From an uncultured Chloroflexia bacterium (lineage in GTDB: Bacteria; Chloroflexota; Limnocylindria; Limnocylindrales; CSP1-4), in assembly GCA_963738685.1 (NCBI GenBank), contig CAVTXK010000002.1:1042602-1106601 (forward strand): a stretch of DNA of 64,000 nucleotides. Reading direction: 5' to 3'. The notes under the pieces are model-generated. The model searched no databases, was not told the origin of the DNA, and saw only the letters and a list, made by a program, of their open reading frames with translations. A program made the position numbers and the translations under genes. Below are positions 49,448 to 59,062 of this stretch, in pieces; the stretch's first letter is position 1, and the number at the start of each line of letters is the position of its first letter.

Positions 49448-50848
49448 ATGACCACAGAGCCCGCCGCACGCGCGACCCCGAGCATCCGCCGCGACAAGCA
49501 GCTCGCGCTGTACCGGCGTGCCCTGGAGCACATGCCCGGCGGCACCGACTCGAACTTCCGGGCGTGGGGCGAGAGCACGATCTACGTCGATCGGGGCAAG
49601 GGCGGGCTCGTGTGGGATGTCGACGGCAACGAATTCGTCGACCTGCGGATGGGCTACGGGCCGGTCATCCTCGGTCACGGCGACGAGCGTGTCGACGACT
49701 ACGTCAACGAGCGCATGCGCCGCGGGGTCAGCTTCAGCCTGACGAGCGAGGACGAGGTCCGCGCCATCGACCTCGTGTGCGAGCTCAACGGCTGGGTCGA
49801 CAAGGCGCGCCTGACCGTGTCCGGCACCGAGGCCACGATGCACGCCATGCGGGTGGCACGTGCCTACACCGGCCGCGAGAAGATCGTGAAGTTCGAGGGC
49901 CAGTACCACGGCGTCCACGACTACGCGTTGATCAGCGTCGGACCGGACGACATGTCCGAGCTCGGCGACGCGGACGCGCCCGTGGCCCTGGCGTGGGGTC
50001 GCGGGATCCCGGCCGCCGTCGCTGACACCATCATCCCGGCCCGCTACAACCGGATCGATCGACTCCGCACGTTGTTCGAGCGACAGGGCGATGAGATCGC
50101 GGCGATCATCGTCGAACCCGTCCTGGGCAACGCCCAGGGGATCATGCCCAGACCGGGTTTCCACCAGGAGATGCGCGCCCTGACCGAGGAGTTCGGCATC
50201 CTCCTGATCTTCGATGAGGTCAAGACCGGGTTTCGCTTCGCCAAGGGCGGCGCGGCCGAGTTCTTCGGCGTCAGTCCGGACCTCGGCACGTTCGCGAAGG
50301 CCATGGGCAATGGCTACCCGGCCGCTGCATTCGGTGGTCGCAAAGAGGTCATGAGCGTACTGCCCGACAAGGTCAGCCACGGCGGCACCTACGCCGGGAA
50401 CCGGGTCGCCGCGGCTGCCGCGGTCAAGACGCTCGAGATCATCCGGGACACGAACGCGCTCGACACGATCCACGCCACGGGTCGGACGATCCAGGATGGC
50501 CTGCGCGAGCTGCTCAACCCGGTCGGGATCCCGTACCACTTCACGGGCCACCCGTCGATGTTCGGGATCATGTTCCGCGAGGAAGAGGCGACCGAGTACC
50601 GCGACTGGGCCACGACGGACCACGAGCTGTACGACGCCATCGCCATCGGCATGCACGCTCGGGGCGCGATGCCGGAGCCCGACTCGCGCGAGCCGTGGTT
50701 CATGTGCGAGGCGCACGCCGACGCCGACATCATCGACCGGGTGCTCACCTCGTTTTCCGATTCGCTGGACGCGGCGCTCGAGGAGCGGGCACGCGGCGGT
50801 CTCGGCGCCGATCCGGCGGGTGCGATGTCGCACCCATCGGGCGGCTGA
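49448..50848 (+). CDS. class-III (PLP) aminotransferase, glutamate-1-semialdehyde aminomutase-like
   Basis: GAGGAG 4 nt upstream of the ATG at 49448. Has MPGGTDSNFR, VSGTEATMHAMRVARAYTGR, LIFDEVKTGFR (PLP Lys) and HGGTYAGN. Confidence 0.88.
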   Translation: MTTEPAARATPSIRRDKQLALYRRALEHMPGGTDSNFRAWGESTIYVDRGKGGLVWDVDGNEFVDLRMGYGPVILGHGDERVDDYVNERMRRGVSFSLTSEDEVRAIDLVCELNGWVDKARLTVSGTEATMHAMRVARAYTGREKIVKFEGQYHGVHDYALISVGPDDMSELGDADAPVALAWGRGIPAAVADTIIPARYNRIDRLRTLFERQGDEIAAIIVEPVLGNAQGIMPRPGFHQEMRALTEEFGILLIFDEVKTGFRFAKGGAAEFFGVSPDLGTFAKAMGNGYPAAAFGGRKEVMSVLPDKVSHGGTYAGNRVAAAAAVKTLEIIRDTNALDTIHATGRTIQDGLRELLNPVGIPYHFTGHPSMFGIMFREEEATEYRDWATTDHELYDAIAIGMHARGAMPEPDSREPWFMCEAHADADIIDRVLTSFSDSLDAALEERARGGLGADPAGAMSHPSGG

Positions 50849-50870
50849 CCTGCAGGATGAGGGGGTAGCG

Positions 50871-51674
50871 ATGGTCGTCGACGGCAACGCGGTCCGCTCG
50901 GTTGATCGCGCGGCAGCGCTCCTGTTGGCGCTGGGCGAATCGCAGGGTGAGGCCGGCGTCACGGAGCTCGCCCGGCGGCTCGGCCTGCACAAGTCGACGG
51001 CCTCGCGGCTCCTGGCCACGCTCCAGAAGCGGGGCCTCGTCGAACAGGACGACGAGACCGGCAAGTACCGGCTCGGACTCGTCGTCATCCGATTGGCGGA
51101 ACGAGCGGAGCGGACGCTCGACCTGCGCGGGATCGCGACGCCGGAACTGGAGCGTCTTGCCCGGCTCACTCACGAGACGACCGGGGTGGGCGTGCTGGAC
51201 GGTGATTCGCTCCTGACCGTGGCCCAGGTCGACGGCCCCAACCTGATCGCGGTGGGGGACTGGACCGGTCGCGCGACGCCCCTCCATTGCGTGGCGTCCG
51301 GCAAGGTCCTGATGTCCGCACTGGCCGAGCGGGACGTGCTCCGGATCGTGCGACGCGGGCTCGCCTCGTACACGGAGCGCACGCTCGTGGAACTCGAGCC
51401 GCTCCTGGAGGAGCTGGCCCGGATCCGGCGACGCGGCTACGCAACGGCGATCGGGGAGTACGAGTTGGGGCTCAACGCGGTCGCGGCACCGATCCACGAT
51501 GCGCGCGGGAACGTGATCGCGGCCGTGGACATCTGGGGACCGGCCTTCCGCCTCACCCCGCGGCGCGTCCCGGAGCTCGCGGCCCAGGCCCGCGAGGCCG
51601 CGGCCGCCATCTCGGTCCGCCTCGGCGGCACCGCCCCGGACCGCCAACCGACGCCGGTCACCGCCACGGCCTGA
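50871..51674 (+). CDS. IclR family transcriptional regulator
   Basis: ATG at 50871 in the frame of ORF 50496..51674. Has SVDRAAALLLALGES..GVTELARRLGLHKSTASRLLATLQKRGLVEQD (wHTH) and an IclR effector domain (..YATAIGEYELGLNAVAAPI..). Confidence 0.9.
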   Translation: MVVDGNAVRSVDRAAALLLALGESQGEAGVTELARRLGLHKSTASRLLATLQKRGLVEQDDETGKYRLGLVVIRLAERAERTLDLRGIATPELERLARLTHETTGVGVLDGDSLLTVAQVDGPNLIAVGDWTGRATPLHCVASGKVLMSALAERDVLRIVRRGLASYTERTLVELEPLLEELARIRRRGYATAIGEYELGLNAVAAPIHDARGNVIAAVDIWGPAFRLTPRRVPELAAQAREAAAAISVRLGGTAPDRQPTPVTATA

Positions 51675-51744
51675 CGCCGGCCGGCCCCGGCAGACCTGAC
51701 CGCGGCCTGGGCCCGGGCCCCTGAGCCCTGGCGCCGCGGCCGAT

Positions 51745-51913
51745 GTCACCACCAGGCACGTGTTCCGCGCAGCCGAGCGTGCCACCACGGCCGGTGTCAC
51801 CACCAGACACACTATCCGCTTAGCCGTGCACGATCCGAGGCTCAGGATGCGAAAACGGGCTACAGGTCGATCGATCACGAGGAACCTCTGCCGTTCTTGT
51901 GTCTCGGAGTGAC
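51745..51913 (+). repeat. GTCAC-TIR element copy L3: one 51-bp half-unit plus 118-bp core
   Basis: gtcaccaccaggcac.. at 51745. Core 51796-51913: gtcaccaccagacacactatccgcttagccgtgcacgatccgaggctcagg..gatcacgaggaacctctgccgttcttgtgtctcggagtgac. It ends 13 bp from the stop of the HTH/nuclease-like gene. Confidence 0.9.
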
Positions 51914-51925
51914 GAGCTGCGGGCG

Positions 51926-52707
51926 TCAGGCCGCCATGCGGCGCGCGGCGTCCGCGTAGTCCCGGTATGGAGCCAAGGATCGGCGTCCGTCGACCCGACC
52001 CTTCAGCAACCAATCTCGGCGCTTGCTTGAGGGATCGATCAGAGCAAGGCCCCGGCTCGGCGCCCCGGGCGGCATCTCCCCGAGCGGCGATCTGCAACAT
52101 CTCGGCGGCCCGCATCGGAAACGCCGTTCGGAGCACATCGACATTCGCGCGGATGGCGCCGTCGACTTCATCGCTGGCTAGCACGAGAAGCCACCCAGCG
52201 ACATGACGGATTCGCCACCCGAATCGCCGCGCGACCTCGGAGGCAGATCGTTCGTACCAGCCTAGCTGTCGCTCGATGGCTCCCAGGTCGTCGAAACGCG
52301 TCTTCAGCTCCACGATCAGCAGGATCCCGCTCCGCGGGTCGAACGCCACGAGGTCGATCCACCCGTGACTTCGACCGTAAACGACCTCGACCTCCCGGCG
52401 GACATCCCAACCAGCCCGACGCAGGCGGCGATCGACATAGCCCGAACACCGGGCGTGGACGACGTCGCGCTGTTGCGGGCCGGCGAATACCAGGGGAGGA
52501 CGCGCGACGAAGTCGAGCTCGATGCCGAGACGGTCGGCGATTCGCGACCACGACTTCGAGGGTGGGGTTGGCGCGGCCGCTTTCAATGTCCGCGATGTAC
52601 GCCCGCGAGATGCCGACCGCTTCCCCGAGGACCTGCTGGGTGATGTCCAGCATGGTCCTGGTGTCGAAGCAAAGGCGCGCAAACGTGACTCGTAGCGGGG
52701 AGGTCAT
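51926..52707 (-). pseudogene. XRE-family HTH protein fused to a PD-(D/E)xK nuclease-like domain, two frame switches
   Basis: ATG at 52707 gives MTSPLRVTFARLCFDTRTMLDITQQVLGEAVGISRAYIADIESGRANPTLEVV (frame of ORF 52168..52740). It continues as SRIADRLGIELDF..HGWIDLVAFDPRSGILLIVELKT..WLLVLASDE.. (frame of ORF 50745..52682), then ..PSRGLALIDPSSKRRDWLLKG..AARRMAA* (frame of ORF 51926..52171). Switches lie near 52550 and 52049-52070. Confidence 0.7.
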
Positions 52708-52769
52708 GCGGCATTGAAGCAGGCAGCGCTCACCCGGCACTTATCGCAAGGCCCTGACGGCCAGGGCTC

Positions 52770-53171
52770 GTCACTCCGAGACACAAGAACGGCACACGTT
52801 CCTCGTGATCGATCGATCTGTAGCCCGTTTTCGCATCCTGGGCCGCGGATCGTGCACGGGTGTGCGGATCGTGTGTCTGGTGGTGACACCGGCCGCGGCG
52901 AGACGCTCGGCTGTTCGGATCGTGTGTCTGGTGGTGACACCGGCCGCGGCGCCACGAACGGCAGTGCGGATCGTGTGTCTGGTGGTGACGTCGGCCGCGG
53001 CGCCACGACGGGGTGTGCGCATCGTGTGTCTGGTGGTGACATCGGCCGTGGTGGCACGCTCGGCTGTGCGGACACGTGCCTGGTGGTGACACCGGCCGCG
53101 GCGAGACGTTCGGCTGTGCGGATCGTGTGTCTGGTGGCGACACCGGCCGCGGCGAGACGTTCGGCTGTTCG
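52770..53171 (-). repeat. GTCAC-TIR element copy L4: 118-bp core plus five further 51-bp half-units
   Basis: Core 52770-52887 is the reverse complement of the L3 core, about 90% identical by eye over about 115 bp. GTGAC ends recur at 52887, 52938, 52989, 53040, 53090 and 53141. Confidence 0.9.
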
Positions 53172-53235
53172 TCCCGCACGGACCTCACACGGCCACGGCG
53201 CGGCCGCGGCCGCGGGACTCGCTACCCTTAGCGGC

Positions 53236-54177
53236 ATGCCCGATTTCAGCGAGCCGCCCTGGAGCGACATCGTCGCATTTGCCCGTGAGTACGTCGTTCC
53301 CGTCCTGCTGATCGTCGTCGTCGCGATCATCGCGCTGCGCCTCGCGGACCTGTTCGTTCACGGCATCGTCAAGGCGCTGCTGGATCGCGAGGCGACCGAG
53401 GGCACCGCCCAGGAGCTCAGCGCCGTCGAGCTCAAGAAGCGGATGGACACGCTCGAGGACCTCGGCGTCAACGCGGTCCGCTTCTTCCTGATCGTGATCG
53501 CCGGGTTGATGGTCCTGGGCCAGCTCGGCCTCGACATCGGACCGGCCGTCGCCGGGCTCGGGGTCCTGGGGATCGCCATCGGGTTCGGTGCCCAGACCCT
53601 GGTCCGCGACTACCTCAACGGGGCGTTGATCCTCGCCGAGAACCAGTTCAGCAAGGGCGATGTCGTGCGACTGGCCGGCGTGGACGGCACGGTCGAGGAC
53701 TTCAACCTCCGCCGCACGACGGTCCGCGACATCGACGGCGTGGTCCACACGATCCCCAACGGCGAGATCAAGGTCGCCTCGAACCTCACCCGCGTCTGGG
53801 CCCGCATCAACCAGGACGTCACGGTCGCCTACGGCACGGACATCGACAAGGCCATCGAGGTCGTCGATCAGGTCGGCCGGGAGATGACCGACGACCCGAT
53901 CTGGAAGCGGCGCATCCTCGAGGCGCCTCGGGTCGAGCGCATCGAGGCCCTCGGCGCGTACGGCGTGACGCTGAAGATCCTCGGCTCGGTCCGGGCGCCC
54001 GAGCAATGGGCCGCCGGCGGGGAGTTTCGCAAGCGGCTGCTCGAGGGCCTGGAGGCCAACGGCATCGAGATTCCCCGGCCCCAGCGCGTCGTGCTCGCGC
54101 AGGACCCGGCCGGCGGGCGATCGGTCGAGCTGGCCAACGGTCCCGACGAGGATGACCTGGCCGAGGGGACCGACTGA
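53236..54177 (+). CDS. mechanosensitive ion channel (MscS family)
   Basis: ATG at 53236 in the frame of ORF 52714..54177; the upstream part of that ORF is the repeat array. Three TM helices, then GIAIGFGAQTLVRDYLNGALILAENQFSKGDVVRL..GTVEDFNLRRTTVRDIDG. Confidence 0.88.
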   Translation: MPDFSEPPWSDIVAFAREYVVPVLLIVVVAIIALRLADLFVHGIVKALLDREATEGTAQELSAVELKKRMDTLEDLGVNAVRFFLIVIAGLMVLGQLGLDIGPAVAGLGVLGIAIGFGAQTLVRDYLNGALILAENQFSKGDVVRLAGVDGTVEDFNLRRTTVRDIDGVVHTIPNGEIKVASNLTRVWARINQDVTVAYGTDIDKAIEVVDQVGREMTDDPIWKRRILEAPRVERIEALGAYGVTLKILGSVRAPEQWAAGGEFRKRLLEGLEANGIEIPRPQRVVLAQDPAGGRSVELANGPDEDDLAEGTD

Positions 54178-54732
54178 CTACTCGCCCTCGCGCTGCGCTT
54201 CCTGTTCGCGGTACTGGCTGATCGCATCCCGGAGGAGGTTCTTGGACTTGGCCGAGATCTCCGCTTCCCATCGGACGTCGGCGGCCTTCAACTCCGGGAC
54301 ATCGTCGAGAACGCCGCGCAGCCGCCCGGCGTCCTGCGGCTTGGCCGCGACGAGCAGGAGGGTCCGCCCGTCGCGCATCAGGCGACCCACCTCCTCGAGA
54401 TCGTCACCCTTGAAGCCCGAATCCCGGATCGCCGCCGTGACCGCACCGACGCCGGCTCCGACCGCGATGGCGCCAAGGCCGACCGGCCCCGCGAGCGCCA
54501 GGAAGGCGGCGGCCACGCCGCCGGTGACAGCGCCGCGCTGCGCACCTGGATCGGCGTCGCTGCTCTCCGCGATGGCCAACTCGCCCCCGACGGCCTTGCT
54601 GATGATGGCGTAGTCGCCGACATCGATGAATCGGTCGTTCTGGAGTTCCTTCAGTTCGGCGACCGCTGCCTCCGCGGCCGCACGGTCCGGATATCCGAGC
54701 ACGAACAGGTGCTTCGTCGCGTCGTCGGCCAT
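54178..54732 (-). CDS. DUF1269-like membrane protein
   Basis: ATG at 54732. Has [23 protein letters not shown], the glycine-zipper segment [32 protein letters not shown], and [11 protein letters not shown]. Confidence 0.7.
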   Translation of the reverse strand: MADDATKHLFVLGYPDRAAAEAAVAELKELQNDRFIDVGDYAIISKAVGGELAIAESSDADPGAQRGAVTGGVAAAFLALAGPVGLGAIAVGAGVGAVTAAIRDSGFKGDDLEEVGRLMRDGRTLLLVAAKPQDAGRLRGVLDDVPELKAADVRWEAEISAKSKNLLRDAISQYREQEAQREGE

Positions 54733-54921
54733 GGTCTTGCTCCCGCTGCGCGCGTCCCGCGTTCCGGCGAGGACCGGGATCACGGCCCGATGTTCACACG
54801 GCGCGCGCGCGCCGTGCCTCATCCGAACGGTGTGATGGGCCACCGTCCCGGGCACCAGCGGTTCCTACCCGGCCGTCCGGCTAGAATGACCCCGCCACCC
54901 CAGCCTCGAAGAGGATGCCCC

Positions 54922-56901
54922 GTGAGCATCGATCCATCTCCGACGCCGTCACCCGAGATCGAGAACCTCCTCGCCGAGCACCGGACCTTCCCGCCCGATC
55001 CGGCCTTCACGGCCCAGGCCAACGCGACCGCCGACCTCTACGCCGAGGCCGAGGCGGACCCCGAGGCCTTCTGGGCGCGACTCGCGCGCGAGCGGATCGA
55101 CTGGGTCGAGGACTTCCACACGACCCTCGAATGGGACCTGCCGTTCGCGAAATGGTTCGTCGGCGGCAAGCTCAATCTCGCCTACAACTGCATCGATCGC
55201 CACGTCGAGCGCGGGCTCGGCGACAAGGTCGCCTATCACTGGATCGGCGAGCCCGGCGACACGCGCACGATCACGTTCGCCGATCTCCAGCGCGAGGTGA
55301 GCAAGGCCGCCAACGCGCTCCTCGAGCTCGGCGTCCAGACCGGCGATCGCGTCGCGATCTACATGCCGATGATCCCGGAGCTGCCGATCGCGATGCTGGC
55401 CTGCGCCCGGATCGGTGCGCCGCACACCGTCGTCTTCGGCGGCTTCTCGGCCGAGGCGCTGAGCGGCCGGATGAACGACGCCCAGGCCAAGCTCGTCATC
55501 ACCGCCGACGGCGGCTGGCGGCGGGGCAAGGCGGCGCCGCTCAAGCCGGCCGTCGATGAGGCGCTCGAGTCGTGTCCCACCGTCGAGCACGCGCTGGTCG
55601 TGCGCCGTCTCGGCGACGCGCTGGATGGCGGGACGGCCATGCAGGACGGGCGCGACGTGTGGTGGCACGACATCGTCGACCGCCAGTCGGACCAGCACGA
55701 GCCGGTCGCCCTCGACAGCGAGCACATGCTCTACCTGCTGTACACGTCCGGGACGACCGCCAAGCCCAAGGGCATCGTCCACACCAGCGCCGGCTACCTG
55801 CTCGGCGCGAGCTTCACCCACGAGATGGTGTTCGACGTCAAGCCGGACGACGTCTACTGGTGCGCCGCGGACGTCGGCTGGGTGACCGGCCACAGCTACA
55901 TCGTCTACGGGCCGCTGGCCAATGCCACGACCGGCGTCCTGTACGAGGGCACGCCCGATAGCCCCGACTGGGGCCGCTGGTGGCAGATCATCGAGGACTA
56001 CAAGGTCTCGATCCTGTACTGCGCCCCGACCGCGATCCGTGCCCACATGAAGCAGGGCGCGCAGTACGCCGAGGCGCACGACCTTTCGACGCTGCGCGTG
56101 CTGGGCTCCGTGGGCGAGCCGATCAACCCCGAGGCCTGGCTCTGGTACAACGAGCACATCGGTGGCGGGAAGGCCCCGATCGTGGACACGTGGTGGCAGA
56201 CCGAGACGGGCATGATCATGATCACGCCACTCCCCGGGGTGACCACCACGAAACCAGGGAGTGCCACGTTCCCGTTCCCGGGCATCGAGGTCGACGTCGT
56301 CGACCGCGAGGGCGCCTCGGTGCCGTTGGGCGGCGGCGGCCTGCTCGTCCTCAAGCGCCCGTGGCCGGCGATGCTTCGCGGCATCTACGGCGATCCCGCG
56401 CGCTACGCCGAGACGTACTGGAGTCGGTTCCCGGGCATGTACTTCGCGGGCGATGGCGCGAAGCGCGACGAGGAGGGCTACCTCTGGCTGCTCGGGCGCG
56501 TCGACGACGTGATGAACGTATCCGGCCACCGGTTGTCGACGACCGAGATCGAGAGCGCCCTGGTCTCCCACCCGGCCGTCGCCGAGGCCGCCGTCGTCGG
56601 CGGACCAGACCCGATCACCGGCGAGTCGATCAACGCGTTCGTCATCCTCCGCCTCGGCAACGAGCCGACCCCGGAGCTCGGGGAGGAGCTGCGCCAGCAC
56701 GTGTCGACGAAGATCAGCCCGATCGCCAAGCCCAAGACGCTGATGTTCGTGCCGGACCTGCCCAAGACCAGGTCGGGCAAGATCATGCGCCGCCTGCTCC
56801 GCGACATCGCCCAGGGCCGGGCGCTCGGCGACACCACGACGCTGGCCGACAGCGGCGTCGTCGAGACGATCCGCGCCAGTTCGGGCACGGCGGAGGAATA
56901 G
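54922..56901 (+). CDS. acs: acetyl-CoA synthetase (AMP-forming)
   Basis: GTG at 54922 in the frame of ORF 54709..56901. Has [37 protein letters not shown] and [22 protein letters not shown] hexamer lies at 54882-54887. Confidence 0.93.
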   Translation: MSIDPSPTPSPEIENLLAEHRTFPPDPAFTAQANATADLYAEAEADPEAFWARLARERIDWVEDFHTTLEWDLPFAKWFVGGKLNLAYNCIDRHVERGLGDKVAYHWIGEPGDTRTITFADLQREVSKAANALLELGVQTGDRVAIYMPMIPELPIAMLACARIGAPHTVVFGGFSAEALSGRMNDAQAKLVITADGGWRRGKAAPLKPAVDEALESCPTVEHALVVRRLGDALDGGTAMQDGRDVWWHDIVDRQSDQHEPVALDSEHMLYLLYTSGTTAKPKGIVHTSAGYLLGASFTHEMVFDVKPDDVYWCAADVGWVTGHSYIVYGPLANATTGVLYEGTPDSPDWGRWWQIIEDYKVSILYCAPTAIRAHMKQGAQYAEAHDLSTLRVLGSVGEPINPEAWLWYNEHIGGGKAPIVDTWWQTETGMIMITPLPGVTTTKPGSATFPFPGIEVDVVDREGASVPLGGGGLLVLKRPWPAMLRGIYGDPARYAETYWSRFPGMYFAGDGAKRDEEGYLWLLGRVDDVMNVSGHRLSTTEIESALVSHPAVAEAAVVGGPDPITGESINAFVILRLGNEPTPELGEELRQHVSTKISPIAKPKTLMFVPDLPKTRSGKIMRRLLRDIAQGRALGDTTTLADSGVVETIRASSGTAEE

Positions 56902-57030
56902 CGTGCCGTTCGACTTCCTGAAGCGCAAGAAGGAACCTGACGCCGCGGCATCGGGACGCGCTCCGGCAGTCCCAAGGGTCGCGGCATCCCGTTCGACGGC
57001 CTGACCGAGGAGTGGCGCATCGTCGGGCAG

Positions 57031-57543
57031 ATGCACGTCGAGAACCGGTTGTCGGATGCGCTCAACAAGCGCGAGGCGATCACGATCTCGGATGTGCAAT
57101 GGGCCCCGATGGACGGGTCCGAGCCGCTCTCGCCGGCGGCCGGGCTCAAGGCCGTCGATCCGTACGATCTGATCATCGTGCTGGCCGGTGAGGCGACCCT
57201 GCCGCCGCTGACCGAGGCCGAGCGTGAGGCCCACAAGGTCCACAAGATCGCGTACGAGGTGGCGCTCGAGGTGCCGCCGTTCCGCGTCCTCGGCACCGTC
57301 TTCCTCTTCCCGGGCTCGGAGCCGGACCGACTGCTGGACCGCGCCACGGAGATGTTCGTCCCGGTGGTCGATGCGACCGCCTATCTCGGGTCGAACGTCA
57401 TCGGGCCGGAGATGGACGCCGTCCTCGTCAACCGGTTCTACCTGCGCGGCATCGAGCAGATCGACCGCCGGACCGGCGAGCCCCACCAGAAACTCCCCGG
57501 CGCCCCGCTCGGGGGAACGAGCTGGCAGGACCGTTCGCGGTAG
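57031..57543 (+). CDS. hypothetical protein (probably longer at the N-terminus via a frame switch)
   Basis: 170-aa ORF with high GC3. High-GC3 coding signal continues upstream in the same frame to the stop at 56938-56940. A GTG at 56903 opens VPFDFLKRKKEP.. in another frame, suggesting a disrupted 5' end near 56935-56941. Confidence 0.6.
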   Translation: MHVENRLSDALNKREAITISDVQWAPMDGSEPLSPAAGLKAVDPYDLIIVLAGEATLPPLTEAEREAHKVHKIAYEVALEVPPFRVLGTVFLFPGSEPDRLLDRATEMFVPVVDATAYLGSNVIGPEMDAVLVNRFYLRGIEQIDRRTGEPHQKLPGAPLGGTSWQDRSR

Positions 57544-57588
57544 GTTTCCGGCGGCCACATGCGCGAGGCCTCACCGTGGGGCCGGCCC

Positions 57589-57759
57589 GTCACCGCTGGG
57601 CACACATTTGCCACAGCCGTGCACGATGGGCAGGGCCCTCGTCACCACAGGGCACACACTTGATACAGCCGTGCACGATCGAGCGCTCAGATCGCGGATT
57701 CGGGCGATCAGGGAAGGCCATCACGAGGGAGCTGTGCCGATCGTGTGCCTGACAGTGAC
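57589..57759 (+). repeat. GTCAC-TIR element copy L5: one 52-bp half-unit plus 119-bp core
   Basis: gtcaccgctgggcacacatttgccacagccgtgcacgat at 57589. Core 57641-57759: gtcaccacagggcacacacttgatacagccgtgcacgatcgagcgctcag..catcacgagggagctgtgccgatcgtgtgcctgacagtgac. Lies between convergent genes. Confidence 0.88.
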
Positions 57760-57826
57760 ATCGCCGCCTAGGCGGATCTAAGGCCTTCCAGTCGATCGCC
57801 GTCCCGCGTGGCCCGGCCAAGAGCCG

Positions 57827-59058
57827 CTAAACCCGGGCGGCGGCTCGCTGGCGGTTGAAGATCCCGAACCCCGACTTGACCGGCGGCACGTGCTCGGGCG
57901 TCCCGAGGAGGCGATCGGCGAGCGCGTCGAAGTCCTCGCTGATCTTCTCCTTGGGGAACATCTCGATGACGGTGCGCCCCTCGTTCGCCGCGCGGACGAA
58001 CAGCAGGCCGCCAGAGCGGATGAGGGCGAGCGACGGCATGCCGACGGTCCGCTCCATGTCCGCCACCGACACGCCGCTGTTGGCGCGGTTGATGACGAGC
58101 GCGAGCCGCTCGCGGATGCCCGAGCTCGGACGCGATGTCCGACAGCTGCACCGCGGCCCGGATGGCCGGCACGTCGGGCGTGACCGGGACGAGGATGCGG
58201 TCCGCGATCTCGAAGATGGCCTGGTTCAGCGGGCTGTACGACGGATGCAGGTCGACCACGACGAAGTCGAAGCCACGCCGCGCGGCGCTGATCGGCCTCA
58301 GCCACCCGGACCGGATCGAGGATCTCGGTGTGGAGCGGCGACGACGTCAGCGACACCACCCGGAGGCCGGACGGATGCGCCGACGACATCTCGGTCAGCG
58401 TTTCGACCGTGCCACCTTCGAGCTCGTCGCGCCAGCTGTCGACGACCGTGCGGCCCTCGTCGATGCCAAGCGAGGTGGTGACGTGGCCGGTGACCGTGTC
58501 CGCGTCGATGAGCAGCACGTTCTGGTTCTTGTGGAGCTGGAGGGCGCTTGCGAGGTTCGTGGCGACGGTCGTCTTGCCGACGCCGCCCTTCGGATTGAAG
58601 ACGGCGAGCACCGTGGCGCGGCGAGTCCAGTCGTCGGACTCGAGGGAGCCACCCTGGAGGATCGGCCCGGAGCCGTCGTCCACGGTCTGGCTGCGGATGC
58701 ACATCGCCTCGACGCGCCAGCGCAGCGACTCGGCCGAGTACGGACGGGTGACGTACTCGTCCTCGACGCGGCCATGCTGGTGCGCGGCGAGCTGATCGAG
58801 GGTGCGCGCCGACACGACCATGAGGGCCGGGATCGTCAGGCCACCATCGCGCAACAGGCCGTAGTACTCGAGCGACTGGTTGAAGTCGGTCTCGCCGTCG
58901 AGGATCGCGACCGCGACGTCGCGCCGGGAGTTCAGCAGGGCCTCGAGCTGGTCCGGATGCGTGACGGTGACGACCGGGAAGCCGGCTTCGCGGAGCTCGG
59001 CGGCGACCGGGGTCGCCTCGTCGTGCGGAAGCGCGATGACGACGGCAGGTCGAGCCAC
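57827..59058 (-). pseudogene. response-regulator receiver plus ParA/MinD-type ATPase (CpaE-like), two frame switches
   Basis: GTG at 59058 starts a REC-like N-terminus (VVIALPHDE..VAILDGE..), then FNPKGGVGKTTVATNLA and LLIDADT in the frame of ORF 57778..59058. It continues as ..FDFVVVDLHPSYSPLNQAIFEIADRILVPVTPD.. (frame of ORF 57768..58259), then ..IRERLALVINRANSGVSVADMERTVG.. to the stop at 57827. Switches lie near 58292 and at the GGG run (complement of 58119-58121). Confidence 0.7.
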
Positions 59059-59062
59059 GATG

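Noticed and set aside
52861-53171. The regular 51-bp array (and the similar one at 39135-39300) as a CRISPR array.
   Set aside because: All positions of the 51-bp unit are homologous between units, so there is no alternation of conserved repeats with unique spacers. The period is too short for repeat plus spacer. No cas genes or leader are present. The same unit occurs as single copies at four other loci.
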